64,000 nt of DNA from Tubulanus polymorphus (taxonomy: Eukaryota > Animalia > Nemertea): NCBI RefSeq assembly GCF_964204645.1, contig NC_134028.1:23556345-23620344 (forward strand). The letters run 5' to 3'. Both the position numbers and the translations under genes were made by a program. Below the pieces are notes generated by a model. The model was not told the origin of the DNA. It was given only the letters and a program-made list of their open reading frames with translations, and ran no database searches. Below, piece after piece: positions 1 through 14,400 of this stretch. Position 1 is the stretch's first letter. Each line of letters begins with the position of its first letter.

Positions 1-204
1 GGTACACTGACCTGAAATCCTGGATCTCGAAATTAATTTCTCATATACAAGTCATCATACGTAGTTGTGACAGGACAATCATTATGTTGATGACAGGTAT
101 CCAAATGACGACTTAATCTTGGTAAATTAATTGAAAATACAAATTTGGAGTCAAACTGACCTAAGCATGTGAGTTTGAATATTTGTGTTTTCTTTTGATT
201 ACAG

Positions 205-3200
205 TGTGGGATTTATCCAGTGGTAAATGTCAGCGTACATTTCGTCACAAAGCAGCGATCAGTGCAGCGGCTATCGGTGGTAGCATGTGCGTAACAGGAT
301 GTGAGGCAGGAAAAGTTAAAGTTTGGAATCTTAAAAATGGAAATCTAATCAAGGTATATCATTTGGCGGCTTTCGTACCGAGATTGAATTCTGGAGCCGG
401 TTGCTCAAAAGTTACCCAGTGGATAGTTGACATAGCGACAATTAAAAGCTCATTGTTACCCACATTATTTATCCACCAGTTATCTTTAACCAACTTTTGA
501 GCAAAAGTTGGTTTTAAGATAACTGGCTGATAAATCGAGATTAGATGAAGAATAGTTTCATGAATTATGTCTCTCTGTAGGTATTGCTTGGACACCACGG
601 ACCGGTGACTTGTATCAAGTTTGATCGTTGGCACATCGTCACTGGAAGTAAAGACAACTATGTTTTAGTGTGGAGTGCTCAGGGTGAACACGCAAGATGT
701 CTGAATGCGCTTAGGCACCAAAAGTAAATGATTTCACATAATAAATACTATTTTATATTCTATTGCAGCGATTAACTAAATTAGAGTCTATTTCAAGAGA
801 AACCCACAATATCAATTTAGACAACTGGACCCAGTTCCACAGTTGTGAGTTAAGATTTGACCCGGAGTTAACTCATTGAAAATGAACTAATTTCAACTCA
901 GAGTTAACTCTAACTCATGACTGTGGAACTGGATCCTGTTATTCTTAATTTTTCTTATGTCACGAGTTGAATCCTTCCACCCATCTTAATAATTCATTAA
1001 AAGAAGAAAAACCAGTTTATTCAATTCAAAAATTTAAACAGTTGTTCCAATTGATATTGTGGGTTTCTCTCAATGACATTCACCAAGACTGGAAAAAGTC
1101 TCAACTATACGCATACATAAATTGGATTCTATTTAATGTTTATACAGAGAAGTGTTGTGTTTGGAGTTTATGTATCTGAGGGTCGTATCAGGATCGGCCG
1201 ATGGTCGACTTCGTATATGGAACATCATTACGGGACAATGTTGTAGAATCATGAGGGGAAATAGTCGCAGCGATCCTATTCTTGGCCTGGTAGCTATCGG
1301 CAATCGGTAAGTAGTAGAGATGAATGTCCTTCATTGACTAATCAAATAGTTTTCGAATGTCTCAAGAGATTCCATGGTTTGCCATCATTTTACCTCCTGG
1401 TATAATAACTCATTAACTACTTGGGTTAAAGCTATAATTATATCAAACCCCTGAATCTGAATCAGTTAAATCCATAATTTTGATCTAATCAGCAGATAAA
1501 TTTCATCGTTGCTCAATGATCTGAATTTATTGGTTGGCCATTTATCTGGAAATCAGGGGAAAGTCAGGGCAATTCCTTTTCCGTAAAAAGTCAGGGAATT
1601 TTGTAAAGAAAAGCTAAAAATTAGGGAAATTTGTTGAGATTGCTAGATCGCGCGTAAAATCTAACAATTTCCCTCTATGTTTTACATATTTGACTGTGTC
1701 AATTGATTGGATTCTTAACAGATCAAGTCAGAGAAAACAACGTGCATTTCAGGGAATAGTCAGGGGAAAACCAAGTCAAAATTGGCCTCCTTGATTAACC
1801 TTATTCTAGTGTATCTAATTTTGGTCGTAGATCTGTAAATGATCGTCTAATATGAATTATTCTTGTTTGTTACAGAATAACGTTGAATACGCACATAAAT
1901 CTGCTTACGTTAAACTTCGAAGAGGTTGAATGGGATTATACGTTAGAAACCGATAAGATGCCTCCGCTCGTCACGTACGGCTCTTATTCCGACGCGCCTG
2001 TTCGCCAGCGTCCGTACGGGTACATACGCGCCCAGCGTATGAAACAGGCCGGAGCTACAAACACGAAAATTACGCGACACGCTAAAAACGACGCCGTATT
2101 CACCGGTCCGGCGATGACTCCACGAGCCGAGCAGTTGCCGCACAGCGCGAAGAGTCTCAGCGCGAAAAGCATGATGCGTAGTAAACTGATACAACAACGA
2201 CGCGCCGAATCGGCTAAAGAACCGCTGATGAAGACGAAATCGCAACAGAGGATCGTCGACGAACGGCTTGATCTTCGCGACGATGAGAATCGACCGCCTT
2301 CGACCGCGACTTCCCGACCGCCGAGTTCTAAGCGACCTCCTTCATCTCGCGTCGCGACCGCTAAATCGCGAACTCAATCCGTTTCGATCGCCCCGGCGCC
2401 TTCTGAAATCCATGACGACGATGACACGCCTATCGTACCGAATCGGAGAATTTCGTGGGCGTTCGAAAAACCGAACATTCCCAAGTGTAAAAACGTTACG
2501 TTATCGGAAACGAAAGCGATTCTTAGATCGCAGATGCGCGCGAAAGAGGTGATTCCACCGCCGGATTTTATCTATCTATCGGTCGCCGCGATTCATAACT
2601 CGCAAAGTCGCGAACCGGCCGCGAAAAATACGGAATCAAATCAAAACTATTCGATTAACGACGCGACGAAGCTTCACAGTCGACCTCCGTCTGCTCCGTC
2701 TCGACTCGATACTCGAGCGCGACTTCCTCGTAACGAGATCAACGTCGCCGATTTCTGGTCTCAGGCGAGCGACGACGAAGAGGCGATCACCGAGCTCGAC
2801 TCGGTCGCGACCCGACCGAAATCAGCGAATAACGAACCGAACGCGTCGAAGACTCCGATACCCGCGATGGAAACGTTCACGACCGATTTTGAAGTCGTCG
2901 ATAGCTCGCCGCGTTACAAGAGCATTCATCCGATGAGGGTTAAATCGAGTATTCCTCGCGGAAAGATTATCCGTCCGCATACGGTGAACGTCGCGCAAGG
3001 CAGCAGACAGCCGAGCGACGTTACAAAACAGAGACCTCATACGGCTGTGGGTCTCGCGCGGCGACCGACCAGCGGTTCGTCGAGTCTGAATCAACGTCCG
3101 ATGAGTTCGAAATCGGCCGTTAGCTCGGCGTCGGTTAGAGCTAAACGACGGATTCGACCGGAATCGACGGCGCCTTCGCCGCCCGATGCGGACATGGTTC

Positions 3201-3526
3201 CGATGTTGATGTATCCGCCGAATATGATCGAAAAAATCAAAAACAAAGTGAAATCGATGCACGTATCGCAGCTGTCGATCAGTCGTAGCAGCAGCGAACC
3301 GGCTCTGTTAGGCGTCAATCAATACAACGATCCGATGCGTAGCCACGCCCAATTTAAACTGCGTACGTACGAACAGGAGAAACAGTATCTTCACGATATC
3401 GCGAATTTGTATCGTCAGCAGAAAAAGCAGAAGGTTATTCAAGGCGAGCAGGATAAACGTAAAGCGTGGCTTATGAAAGCGAAAGGTCAAACCCCGACAG
3501 CACGGGTTGTACCGGCGGTTAACTGA
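205..3526 (+). CDS. FBXW10: F-box/WD40 protein, FBXW10/CDRT1-like (3' part; 5' exons lie outside the window)
   Basis: GT-AG exons 205-353, 581-723, 1148-1306 and 1876-3526 join in frame. WD40 repeats GHHGPVTCIKFDRWHIVTGSKD and EVLCLEFMYLRVVSGSADGRLRIWNIITGQCCRIMRGNSRSDPILGL...NRITLNTHINLLTLNFEEVEWDY resemble the FBXW10 C-terminal WD region as recalled. A long low-complexity S/P/R tail follows. Confidence 0.8.
827..935. mobile_element. Fold-back MITE with CCAGTTCCACAGT TIRs (related copy approx. 57459-57521)
   Basis: CCAGTTCCACAGTTGTGAGTT ... AACTCATGACTGTGGAACTGG inverted repeat. Confidence 0.7.
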
Positions 3527-5460
3527 TCTTACTGTATAGTGCTACTCTTACAGAGCAGGGGCCGGTTAACCGATCAATTTTTGGTTGGATTCGACTGGAG
3601 CCATGCGTGTAGGATTAAAGTAGAATATGAAAACATGATATTTTGGGTCAGTGTAGGTAGTAACAGGGGAGGATTCAGAGGGACTTGTACAATTCCATCA
3701 AATTTTTTGAGCGCCATTTTTCGTTGTTTCAACAAACAAAAAATTAGTGCATTTTAATTCAGGAGTACGTTTGATATTGCCTTTTTGGATATATGACAAA
3801 TTCAGGTTGTGCTATAGATCTGCTGGGTGTACCTGTATATGGTTTATTAGCTCAGTGCAGAAGTGATCTAATATTGCCTTTTTGGACATCGAAGCGCCAT
3901 CTTTTTTGGATGAGACAAGTTCGTTAAAATTGGCCCCTGGATCCGCTGCTGCGTAGGTAGGTGTTGTAAACTCCAAAATCAGTTCAATTTTGTATTTTGT
4001 TTTTACCAGACAGAGATTACTAAGTTTCATAAAGAAGTATCATAAAACCATTTAACGCTGTAGCAACCTCTATCTTACACAGATTATATTATATTGATAC
4101 GTATCTGAAGATAATATTTTATTCGTTAATATTGAGTACAGGGTATATAAGAAAACTTATTATTTGTAATGTAGTTGATTTAGATAAATAAATATATATT
4201 TTATACATATATATATTGTATATTTCATACATAAAAATACATACACATGACCTTTATGCTTGCTACAGACTTATAGCACATAAGCCTATGAGAAACAAAC
4301 TTGTTGTGATATTTGTTGTATTGTAGATTCATTATATAAATCGTCCGTCCTCTAATTTATGATGTTATCATCGTATATTTGTAACCATAATGAAATTAAA
4401 GTTTATTTATTTTACCTGTATTTGATTAGTTTCTTAAATTAATCAAGATTTTAGTTAGAATCCAGAATATTCTAGTCCAAACCGCTTTAGTTAAGTTGGC
4501 ACAGCTGGGACCATTCATTATGACTATCCAAATGACGACTTAGACATTGTAAATTTGAATTCGAAATATAGATTGGGACTCAACATTGAGACGACTTAGA
4601 CTTAACAAAGTTTCACTGAACCTCAATAGTACCTTAATGAAGAAATAACATGGTTTGTAGTACGGTAAGTAAGACTTAACCAAAAGTAAGCACAGGAAAA
4701 GGTAAAAACTTTTTTAGAGAATTACGCCCATGATAGATGACATTGTAACAGCTCATCATTTGTCAAACTATCACAATAACCTTCAACATACAGACTGACC
4801 CTGTAGGTCTACTAACTTTTAACCAAATTCAAAAAGTAGCACTAGTAGACTTGCTACAAACCATGTCAAATTATGACAAACTAAATTGGTTTATCTGGGG
4901 AATAAACTTCAGTCAAACCTTCAACAAAGATCGGAGCTTCAACTCCGCAGATTCCACAACAACAACAGGAATATTCTTATATTTCATATAAGAAACGTTT
5001 TATTAAAAATTTTGATTAGCGTATCATCGTCATTTTGAACACAATTACTCAGACACAGTATATAAAACATTCATATCAAAATCTTAAATTAATCAATCAT
5101 CTGGAATTATTAGGAAGCAATAAATAAACTACATCTATATACATTAAATAAAGCTAGGCCGGCTAGCTCAGTAAGAACCTACATGTCTATAAAAATTTTA
5201 ATAACAATTCTACTTAGCATTTACTGAATCTACTTAGCATTTACTGAATGTAATAGTCTAGTGGAACCAGTCCACATACAGTAATAAATAATACTATGAA
5301 CCCAAAACCAATCCTACTTAATGTTTCGTCATTACTGACATATCCATCCTACATCTAAACAGCACGAAATAAAAACTGCTTTCTTCAATCATAAAATACT
5401 GATACAGTCGATGTGTTCACAAGGATTTGTGAGCACAGATTGAATGCAATAGTACAGCGT

Positions 5461-8400
5461 TTAAGAAGTTAATTTAATGGGCGACGAGTGCCTCGGTCCG
5501 AGGTATCCATCCTTACGATCGAGCTCATCTTGTAACAACGAAGATCTCTGTTGTAACGAATTCACTTGGCTCTTCAGTGATATGATGGTTTCTTCAAGAT
5601 CCTGAAAAAAGATATATTACATATTTCATCTCATATCCCTTTATTTAGAATTTTCACTTATATGAAGATACCAATATGTACTATAATGAATGATTCTACT
5701 ATTAATGATATCTTCGTCATTCTGTCAGAAACTTAAGACATTATCAATTATAGGATTATTCATTATCTTCTACACAAAGAATGCATCGGTTTATCAGTCA
5801 GTGAAACATAAGTACCTTTTGCATCGCGACCGGCAAAAGACCTTTTATTCTCTTTTCGTACAGCATTTTAACATGGATCATTTTATGTTCGTGGTCGACG
5901 TCCATTTCTTGAAGTTTACGCTCCAGATTTTGCACCAACGAGTGCTGCGATTCTAGTTGTTCTTGCAGACTCTGAAAGAATTAAACAAGTCTTGGTAACA
6001 GTGACCTCTTCATACGACTTGTTCGTTCTCGTGGAAATCATGAACGTACCTGCAGTGTAATAGCGTGTTGACGATTCAAAGATCTTTTGTCATCTTCCTG
6101 TTTAGCGAAAACTTCCTGGAAATGTTGTTCTCTTTGAACAATCTCACTAGAAAATAACGATTTGAATTCATTAAAAGTTGTTTGATTGAATAAGACACAA
6201 CGCCGGCATATGCGAATAGCACTTACCTTTTATGTTCTTGTCTCATATGATCAACAGTCGAATTCAATTCAGATATCGTCTAAAATAACAACGGCATAAG
6301 ATGAATTTTACGGTCAAAGTCGTCTGTTTTGGTCAATGGACAATCATTATGTGACTTATCCAAATGACGACTTAGATTTTAGTGAAAATGAATTGGAAAT
6401 GCAAATTAGGACTAAAAATTAACTGATTTGACAACTTATACGATGACGATGTATGCAAGTTTGACTGTAGTCTCTTTCTTACCTCGAGTGCTTTCTGATT
6501 TCTGAGTGAGTATTCTTTCTCTATATCTCTAAGTCTGTTATTCGTCTGAAAACAGATTCAAAATCGAATAACTCAGTCGCTTTAAACTACGAAACATCGA
6601 ATCGAAAAATATACCGAGAAGTATCTCAATGGATACCTTTTCGAGTTCTCTCTCCATCTCGACGCTGTGTTGTTTCTGTAAATCGATACGTTGTTGATCT
6701 AACTGACAGCGTAGTTTATTGATTTGCGACTCGTGGTCGCGTTGTATTTTCTGTTTCTCCTCTTCTCGTAATAAACCGAGTTCGACGAGTTGCTGTTTGC
6801 GGAGTTGATTCGACTGCATGACCTCCTCGCGTAACTGACGCACGCTTTGTTCCAACTCGGCTATCATCTGAAAACAACGACACATTTAGTGAAGATCCAG
6901 GCTCATTGTACCCTATAAACACTCAATTTACAGTTTATGGCCAAAGTCACCTTCTTGAAGCTTATAGACAGTAAATCACTGTTATGGGTTCTTGCAGATC
7001 AGGGAATCCAAAATCCCTGATATTACCCTGACCCATGACCAAATATTCCCGGATTGAATAATAAGATTTTTCACCACAAGAACAACAAAAATTCCCAGAT
7101 TCGTCCTTGATTTTCAAGAAAAGAGCCAGAATTCCCTGACATACCCTACATCCCAAATTCCCTGATCTGTTGTTAGGGGCCTGGGGCCAGTTGCTCAAAA
7201 AGTTGGTTAACCAGCGGATAAATACCATAGTTACAATGAACTTTTAATTGTCACTATGTCAGTTATCCACTGGATGACCCTATACAAACTTTTGAGCAAC
7301 TGACCACTGATTCACAGATAATATCTCAAGTTTTCCCACCTTCGAATCGCGATCTCGTTGATTTTTCGAACGTTCTTCGATTTCGGTTTTCTCGATCGTG
7401 AAGTGTTCCCTCAAACTGGCGAGTTCCTGCTCGTGCTCGGTGTGAAATAGTTCACGTTCTGTGTGGTGATTGTGTATCAACTGTGAACGCTCGTGTTCAA
7501 ATTGAACTTTTAAAGCTGCCATCTAAAAATGAATAACCATAATTATCTATTGTGAAGATTCAGCTGTTCTAATACTGCTGACTATAAACTATTTCTTATT
7601 TCATCGAATTCGTAAATAAAGCACTGATTACCTCTTGTTCGTGTTTCTGTTTTATCTCTTCAACTCGTCGATTAAACTCTTGCGATTGTTTCTCTCGTAG
7701 TTCTTTTGATTTATTTAAATCGGCCTCAACCATCTCCATCTAAACACCGCGTAAAGTTATAACCCTTTAATCTAAAATTCTGTCTGTCGGGAGGCGCTGT
7801 TTAGATAGTGAAATGTGTTTCATACCTGATGTTTCATGTCGTCGTACATACGTCCTGAATTACGTTCGACCTGAGTTTTAAACTCTTCTAAAGCCTGTTC
7901 TGCTTGTTGCGCTTGTAATTTGTTCTGTTCACTCAATCTTTGTATCTCTTCTTCATTTTCTCTACAATATTAAGAAATCCATATGTAAAACCGCTCACAG
8001 GGTGGCCACTTTCCGCCCGTTTACAAATCCCCTGAGTTTTCTTCAATTTTTCCATGTGATTACAAAAATTCCTAAAGAAGTTCTAAGTTTAAAATGTTAG
8101 AATTCTTTCATTCTTCCGTAAAACACATATTGATAAAGAAACACGTGATCAATAGCATTATCTGAATACCCTGAGTTTTAAGATTTATCAGATTCCCTGA
8201 GTAAGAGTTTTCCAGGTTTTCCAGGTCAGCAGTCACCCTGACCCACACGTTTGAGAATCAATACATAAAAGATGCCTCTACTTACCTAACAGTTAGTTCT
8301 AAACGACGAATCTTTCTTTGAGATTCCTGGTCTTGTTGTTCCATTTCTTTCTGCAATCCGTTAATCTGCAAAAACGACAAATAAGTCAGCTTGAAGACCA

Positions 8401-11400
8401 GGTGTTTATAAAAGACCCGCAATATTGAGGATTAATAACTGAAAATTAGTTACGTTGATGTTTCAAGTACAATGACTTTACCCATCTTCATATTCATTTG
8501 AAATCAAGAACAAATATCTGATGGTCGCAAGCATTTTACTCGAAATGTCAATAATAACTAATCTATAGTCGTTCATCTTCAATATTTCAATGAAAACAAT
8601 TGGAAATTCAGTATGATAGGTTCAGATAGACAACGGTACCTTTTTCTCGTGTAAATGCTCCAGATGTAACTTGTCTTGCTGTTGGACTTGTTCCATTTCC
8701 TAAAAAAAAAGAAAAATAATCGCGATATTTTCTCATCGTCGTTTCACCGACATCGTTCGTCCAAGCGATGAAATCATTCGTGCACAAACCCTGATTTGTC
8801 GCGTTCGTTGATTTTCTAATTCTTGCATCGCTTGTTTCAAATGAGCCACGTGAGATTCTAAATCGGCCGTTATATCAGCAGACTGTCGAAGCAAACACAA
8901 ATACAGCATCAGTTTCAGTTCAAAATAGCAAAACTATTTACGAGAATTTCGATGAGGGGGTCGTCAGGTCGATGAACTGTAGATTTTCAACTCCTTTACC
9001 TCTGTTTTCGTAACAAAACACCAGGGACCAGTTGCTCAAAAGTTGGTTCAAGATAACCGGCGGATAAATACTTGTACCAAAGTTACGATAACTTTTGTCA
9101 CTATGTCAACTATCCACTGTTTAACTCTAACCAACTCTTGAGCAACTTGCCCCAGGATCTTTGTAACTTTTTTCACAAAGTTTTCACATTTTTTTCACAA
9201 CAAGGTGGAACTATATATACAATCACTGCTCACAATCTGAACAGATTGGAATGAAATTTCTTAAATTCCAACACAGCGACTGTATAAATTCTGAGCCAAC
9301 AGAATATGGTATCAAGAGGGGATCAAAATATTTTCACAAAACTTTTTCATACATTTTCATGATTTTTCGCATTATTTTCCACATAAATCTGAACCCTGCA
9401 AAGATGAATTGGAATTAAATACCTTCGCAGCTGCTAAAGCGTGTTCTTGTTTCAAGAACTCAAACTGAGCGTCGTGTTTGTTTTTAGACGTTCGTATCTC
9501 CGTTTCGAAATCATTGACGCTTCGTTTGTGTTCTCTTTCCAACAAAGACAACCTGTAAAACAAAACAACTACCATCAGCACACACAGAAAACAGAGACGA
9601 TATCTGGATGCATAACAGGGCTCGATTTTAGCAGTATCCCGAAAGGTACTAGATTTTTCGTTGCAAAACGAAAATTTGAAATGAAACTTTCCCGGACAGG
9701 ATGAGAAATTCTGTTAATTATCGACCAAATTATTTCCTATGTTTTCTTGATCGGAATCTTAAATCAAGGACAAACCAGGAAACTGGGATTCCGACGATGG
9801 AGGATCTTGTAATCCAAGAAGATACTCTCTAGATTGTATAAACCGAGCGTTGAAGGATTTTCCATAATGAACTTACTTTTGTTGAGTGTCCAGTAAATCA
9901 GAATTCAGTTTCTCGTTGTTCATTTGAAGATCGGATCTCTCTTTTTCGAGTTGATTTTTCAGTTGCGTCGTCACTTCAGCATCGGCCGTCAACGTCTGAA
10001 CCCGGGCCTCTAATTCTTTAATTACCGCGTTCTACAACAGAGAAATTTGCCGGTCACTCACAGTCAACTCCTTGATAATAAGATAAAACCCACTATCTAC
10101 AGATTAAAAGAATTTAAAAACAAGAATTTATTTATTCAATCTAAAATATATATAAGACACGACGTTTCGATCTCACCCTAGAGATCATCGTCATCCGCAC
10201 CTGACGATGATCTCTAGGGTGAGATCGTTTCTTATATATATTTAGATTGAATAAATAAATTCTTGTTTTTAAATTCTTTTAATCTGTAGATAGTGGGTTT
10301 TTATCTTATTATCTGTTCACCACGTTTGAGTGTGGTTATCGTTCTAACTCCTTGATAATTTCAAACTAGCCGAGAACGATTACTCACGGTCTGCGCAGCC
10401 TGAAGGCTGTAGTCATCTTCCATCTTCTGGAGTCTTGCGTTTGTATCTTCGAGTAATTCTTGTATGTTCGCAGTGTGCTGTTTCTGCAGATCAATTTTCT
10501 CCTGTTCGAACTCACTAACGGCGTCTTGTAACTGGAAAATAAGTACGATTTAAGTAACACATTTTAACCTTTCCAACAGATGACGAATAACCGCGAGTTT
10601 CATACCCTTTGCTCGTATTCTGTACGTCTAGCTATATCAGTTTCTTCAATCGCTCTCTTCAGATCTGTTATCTGTTTTTCCTTGTTGTCTTTGACGGTTG
10701 ATAGTTCCTTCGTCAAGGCATGCACTAATCGACACCGAAAAAAAATAAATCATATGAAAACATGTCATAAATGCCTGGGCTGGATTTATAGACTGGTATC
10801 AACTTTAATTCAGGGGTTAACTACTAATCCACACCAAAAAAAGAAATCATATGAAAACATGTCATAAATGCCTGTGCTGGTTTTATAGACTGGTATCAAC
10901 TTTAATTCAGGGGTTAACTCAGTTGCATATAAATTGAGTTAGCCCCCGGTTAAAGATAATACCAGTCTACAAAACTCGCCCCTGTGTTTTAGATAATTCA
11001 TCGCAAGAACTATGCATGAAATTGATCAAGACCGAGAATCTTCAATCTCAGAATTCTCCGATTTCCACGAGAAAATACCAGAATTTGAAATCCTAAATCC
11101 CCCCGATTTCCCTTATCATCCCCAGGAACCCTGTAATTAGTAAAATAATACCAGTATTCCTGACGATGACTATTAGGATCAAGTCGACGTCTTTTTCATT
11201 AATGCTCGGGATTTTCTCGTACTGTCGTTCCAACGCGGACAGAGTAGTATCATCGAGATTATCATATCGTAGCATTTCAGTACCAATGAAACTTACATTT
11301 ACGCTCCATTTTAGACAAACTATCCTCTTGATCTTTCGCCTTCGAGCGATAGTGACCTTTCACATCTTCGATTTCGGCATTCTTACGATCAAGGATCTAC

Positions 11401-14400
11401 AAATAGGACACAAGATTTTAAGGATCTTAATGCTAAACTCGCATCAAAATCGGTTTTTAAACTGGTGATGAAATTCAAAATCTTACCTTTTGAACTGCAG
11501 TATCATGTCTTTGTTGGAGCTTTAATTTCTCTTCGTGAAACTTAGCTTCCAAAATTTTTGTCTTCATTTCCAACTACATCGTACGATAGAAAAGACAACT
11601 TTTATTATTATGTGACCGATTCAAATTTTTCGTTAAGATTTCGCAATCACTCGTATTTGATATTTCTCGTACCTCTTTCTCGTGAATCCTGACGAGACTT
11701 TGTTCATCGCGGTACGATTTCAGCGATGATAAAGTATCTCCAGCCTGAATCGGAACAATTAGACCAGAAATCAGTAGCGATAGTTGTTATACAACAGAGT
11801 CAAATTGTCAAACTTTTCACATCAATATACCAGGATTTTTTCAAATTTTTTCCCCGAACTAATAATCAAAGTTTTCATATTTTTTTCACATCAAAATACC
11901 AGGGCCCGGTTTCATAGACTGAGTATCAAAGTTACTCAAAGGGGTAAATCCTTAATCTGGGTGACAACCACCATAGTAACAATGAGAAAGCATGGTTATA
12001 ACTGATGAATTTCAAAATATTTCCAGGGATTATTTCTCTTCCACATCTATGAAACCTAGCCCTGGATCCCCCCGAACTAAATATTTTTTCTTGAATTTTC
12101 ACACATTTTACTTGACTTTTCTGATTTTGTAAACTTAGCTGTCAGCATACTTATAGTATAGTTACTTACCGGGTTAAGAAGTTTACGTGGAGAGTGAGAA
12201 TGTCTTCTGGTAGTAGGTGCAACTAAAATACGGCAAACAAATATTCGCTTTATTACTGATGCTGTTGTTGGTAAGGGCTGTAATGTGCAGCATTGAAATG
12301 TATGAATTTACCTTCAACAGCTTCATCCTCATCCGAGGAAATTTGGAAAACTTTTCTTCGAACCACCGGGGCGTCATCCTGCAAGAACAAATCTCAAAAT
12401 CTAGCCAATCATGGATTTACTGCGATACCAGCCATCCCATCAGATGGCGGGACAAACAGTCACTTGATCTGCTAAGAATCCAATCAATTAACGCAGTCAA
12501 ATATGTAAAACATAGATGGAAACTGTTTGATTTAACCCTTTCAGTGCTGGCTAATTAATACCCTATAGTGCTAAGGATAATTTGAAGATTTTGAAAAATT
12601 CCACCCTAGTGTGTTGAATAACGGGAATAGCACTATAGTGCGTCTACACCGCGGCGCGGTATATCGTTAGTTACTAATATTTCACTATGTTTGACAGGTG
12701 CTGCCATGTTTCAAGAGAGATAATTAGTAATTACTAATCAAATCAATTATGAATTTACGAATCAATGATGGATTTTGCTAATACACCGCACTGCGGTGTA
12801 GACGCACTGAAAGGGTTAAAGTACGATCTAGCGATCCTTACATATTGCCCTTCTTTACAAAATTCCCTGACCTGATTCCCTGATATCCAAGTCATAGGCC
12901 ACCTTTCTTACCTTCGAAAATTTCACGCGTTCTCCATAAAGTTTTGATCGTGGAGATCTCGACCTCGATCTGGTTGTCGGACTCGGAGATCTACTGCCAG
13001 TCATAGCTAGTCTCGTGGCCGACTGGGTTCGTCTACCCATCGTCGGAGATCGCGATTTCGCTAGTCTCTCCCCGTCGCTGCCGGACCTTTGACCATCGCC
13101 TAAATCCGAAACCCAGTCCGGTACTCGAGATATAATCGGTAGCTGAAATAGAAAAGTAATGCAGTCTTTCGTGTTGTATACTGAAATTAAATCAAATGCA
13201 AAATCTCACAATTGTTGAAAATTTAACGAAAATATAGATATATTTCAGGTGGTTACTACCGCCTTTATTCAGTTTTAGTCTTTTTTTTTTAACTGAAGAA
13301 AGGTGCTAGTCTGAAATATTTATAGTATTTTAGATAAACGTTTTAATGTTTCAACAATTATGGGATTCTACATCAAGATATTGTATATATCTTACTGATT
13401 CAGAAATTGAATTGGTAAAAACATTATTATTGGTAAAAACACCTTATTTCAAAAAAGTGTTTGAAACAATCAAACTGAAACTAACCTGCTCCTCGGGACC
13501 CTTAACGTTGCCAGGTTCGTCGAAATAAATAGACTGAAATAACATAAAACGAACAAAACTAAATAAAAAATCTACAACTGAATTCACTAGAGATAAACGA
13601 TACCTGATAAACGTAACGTCGCTTAGATTCGAGCCTTTCAATTAGCGTAAAATACATCTACATAATAATTGTAATCGATTTAAGAGAGAAACAAAAACGG
13701 ATTTCTTAGGAAGGTTTTGATTAGTCTCTATTGATCCTGGAATTCTCTTCTGGCGCGTGCGTTTCGACCAGAATATATGGAAACTTAGGCAAATTGTTCC
13801 ATTTAGGCTTTACTGCGAGGAAAAAATAGTCGTTAAAAACTGGTTGACTGAAATTTTATACGGAGCACCGTGCTCCTGAAAAGCATAATTTGTAAACCTG
13901 ATAGGCTAGATACGACCGGTAGAGAGTTTGTAATCATCTGGAATTGCTATTCCTAAACTAGAATGTTCAAACGAAACCTGCCTCTTAATAAAATAAAACT
14001 TACCATGTACGCAGGTAGTGTGGCCAGTGGACCTTCCTCCGGCCTCGTCACAAACGGACCTTCAAGGGTGCCTTTCTTCAACATGTGCAACAGCAGTTGC
14101 GAGTAGAGATTACGATTTTTACTAAAATGAAAATAAACATTTGGCTGATACAAACGTCTTACTACAAATTGACGGATTTGTATTCCAGCACACACACACA
14201 CACATACCGGCCGGTTATTCCAGGGACACACTGCTCGCACAGTTTTTTAATCCATAGTGCACATCTTTGACATTCTGAAAAAGATCCAAGGATGAATTCA
14301 AACAGTTCTATATCATTGGAATAAAGATCAGGGACCAGTTGCTCAAAAGTTGGTTGAAGATACCTGGCAGATAGATATATATAAACAGTGAACTACTCAC

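Noticed and set aside
1943-3490. Several antisense or alternate-frame ORFs overlapping the last FBXW10-like exon
   Set aside because: Shadow ORFs of a GC-richer coding exon; no motifs or splice support.
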